Origin: Lama glama | Lineage: Eukaryota | Length of the DNA stretch: 64,000 nt | Direction of reading: 5' to 3' | NCBI GenBank assembly: GCA_028534125.1 | Contig: CM052818.1 | Location: 47,866,001 to 47,930,000 of the forward strand | Shown here: positions 63,396 to 64,000 of the stretch, piece after piece | Position numbering within the stretch: the stretch's first letter is position 1 | Layout: each line of letters starts with the position of its first letter | Translations under genes and position numbers: made by a program | The notes under the pieces: model-generated | The model's database searches: none | Seen by the model: the letters and a program-made list of their open reading frames with translations, nothing else | Told to the model about the DNA's origin: nothing

Positions 63396-63612
63396 CAAAT
63401 CACTTCCCCTATCTTTGCTTCTCTCTATTCTTACGTCAGCCAAGGCTGTGACTTACACGAAGCCTACCAGACTTCCAGATGCCCCTCCCTCCACGTCCCC
63501 CCTTGACAATGAGTCACCAAACACCACACGTCTCAGAAATCCCTGGCTCCTTCATTCCACGGCACGTCTCAGTCCCATCGGCACCATCAGCTGGGGGTAG
63601 GCCTGCTTGCCT

Positions 63613-63650
63613 CTGAGCCCTGCCCTTCCCCCTGAGCCCTGCCCTTCCCC
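63613..63650. repeat. Exact 19-bp tandem duplication (CTGAGCCCTGCCCTTCCCC x2)
   Basis: Read directly. Confidence 0.9.
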
Positions 63651-64000
63651 AGTCCACGCTTCCAGGGCCGCCAGACTGACCCTCACAACTGAAACCGGAG
63701 CGTTTCCTTCTTGGGCTTTGAAACATCCCACCGCTCTCCATCGTGAGAGAATAATTTTCACATTCTGCAGCTTGGTAAACGTGTCCTCAATCCAGTTGCT
63801 GCCTGCTTTCCTAGCTAGACACCCTGTTACTTTTGTCCACACACCTGGTGAGTACATAGCATCACTTGGACCTGATGAGCACGGACAGGCTCTTAACTTG
63901 ACAACTCAGCACACAGAGCCTCCTCTGGACTCTCACAGGGCAGAGTTTGTGGCTTCTCATTCTGTGATCACGTACCCTGCCCGGGTACAACGTGGAAACA

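Noticed and set aside
63548..63560. TCCTTCATTCCAC, identical to the first 13 nt of mature miR-205
   Set aside because: The match breaks afterwards and there is no complementary 3' arm to form the hairpin, so it is probably chance.
1..64000. CRISPR array, operon or prokaryotic defence system
   Set aside because: The sequence is mammalian, with no repeat-spacer array or gene-dense organisation.

Overview
This is mammalian genomic DNA, almost certainly from a camelid. A tRNA-derived Vic-1-type SINE lies at ~59.8 kb, there are several artiodactyl/camelid-type L1 3' ends, and I saw no Alu, B1 or Bov-tA elements. I find no supportable protein-coding gene, structural RNA gene, CRISPR array or prokaryote-type system. 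The ORFs in the track are GC-rich chance ORFs, simple-repeat translations, or a decayed L1 ORF2 remnant (55.6-56.0 kb). The window looks intergenic or intronic. It holds ancient repeats (MIR, L2, CR1/L3, MLT1, MER20, MER5A, L1M) and younger L1 fragments with target-site duplications. It also has a 220-nt pure-purine compound microsatellite, a structured CA-rich minisatellite, and several CpG-rich islands with no recognisable coding sequence. The best lead is a ~6-kb repeat-poor block at 23.7-29.7 kb. It contains a CpG island with MYB, E-box, ETS and GC-box motifs, minus-strand consensus splice donors and an AT-rich unique tract. This fits a lncRNA promoter, possibly a pachytene piRNA-precursor promoter, but that is a hypothesis only. 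Repeat family names and boundaries come from recalled consensus sequences matched by eye and are approximate. The orthologous locus could not be identified.
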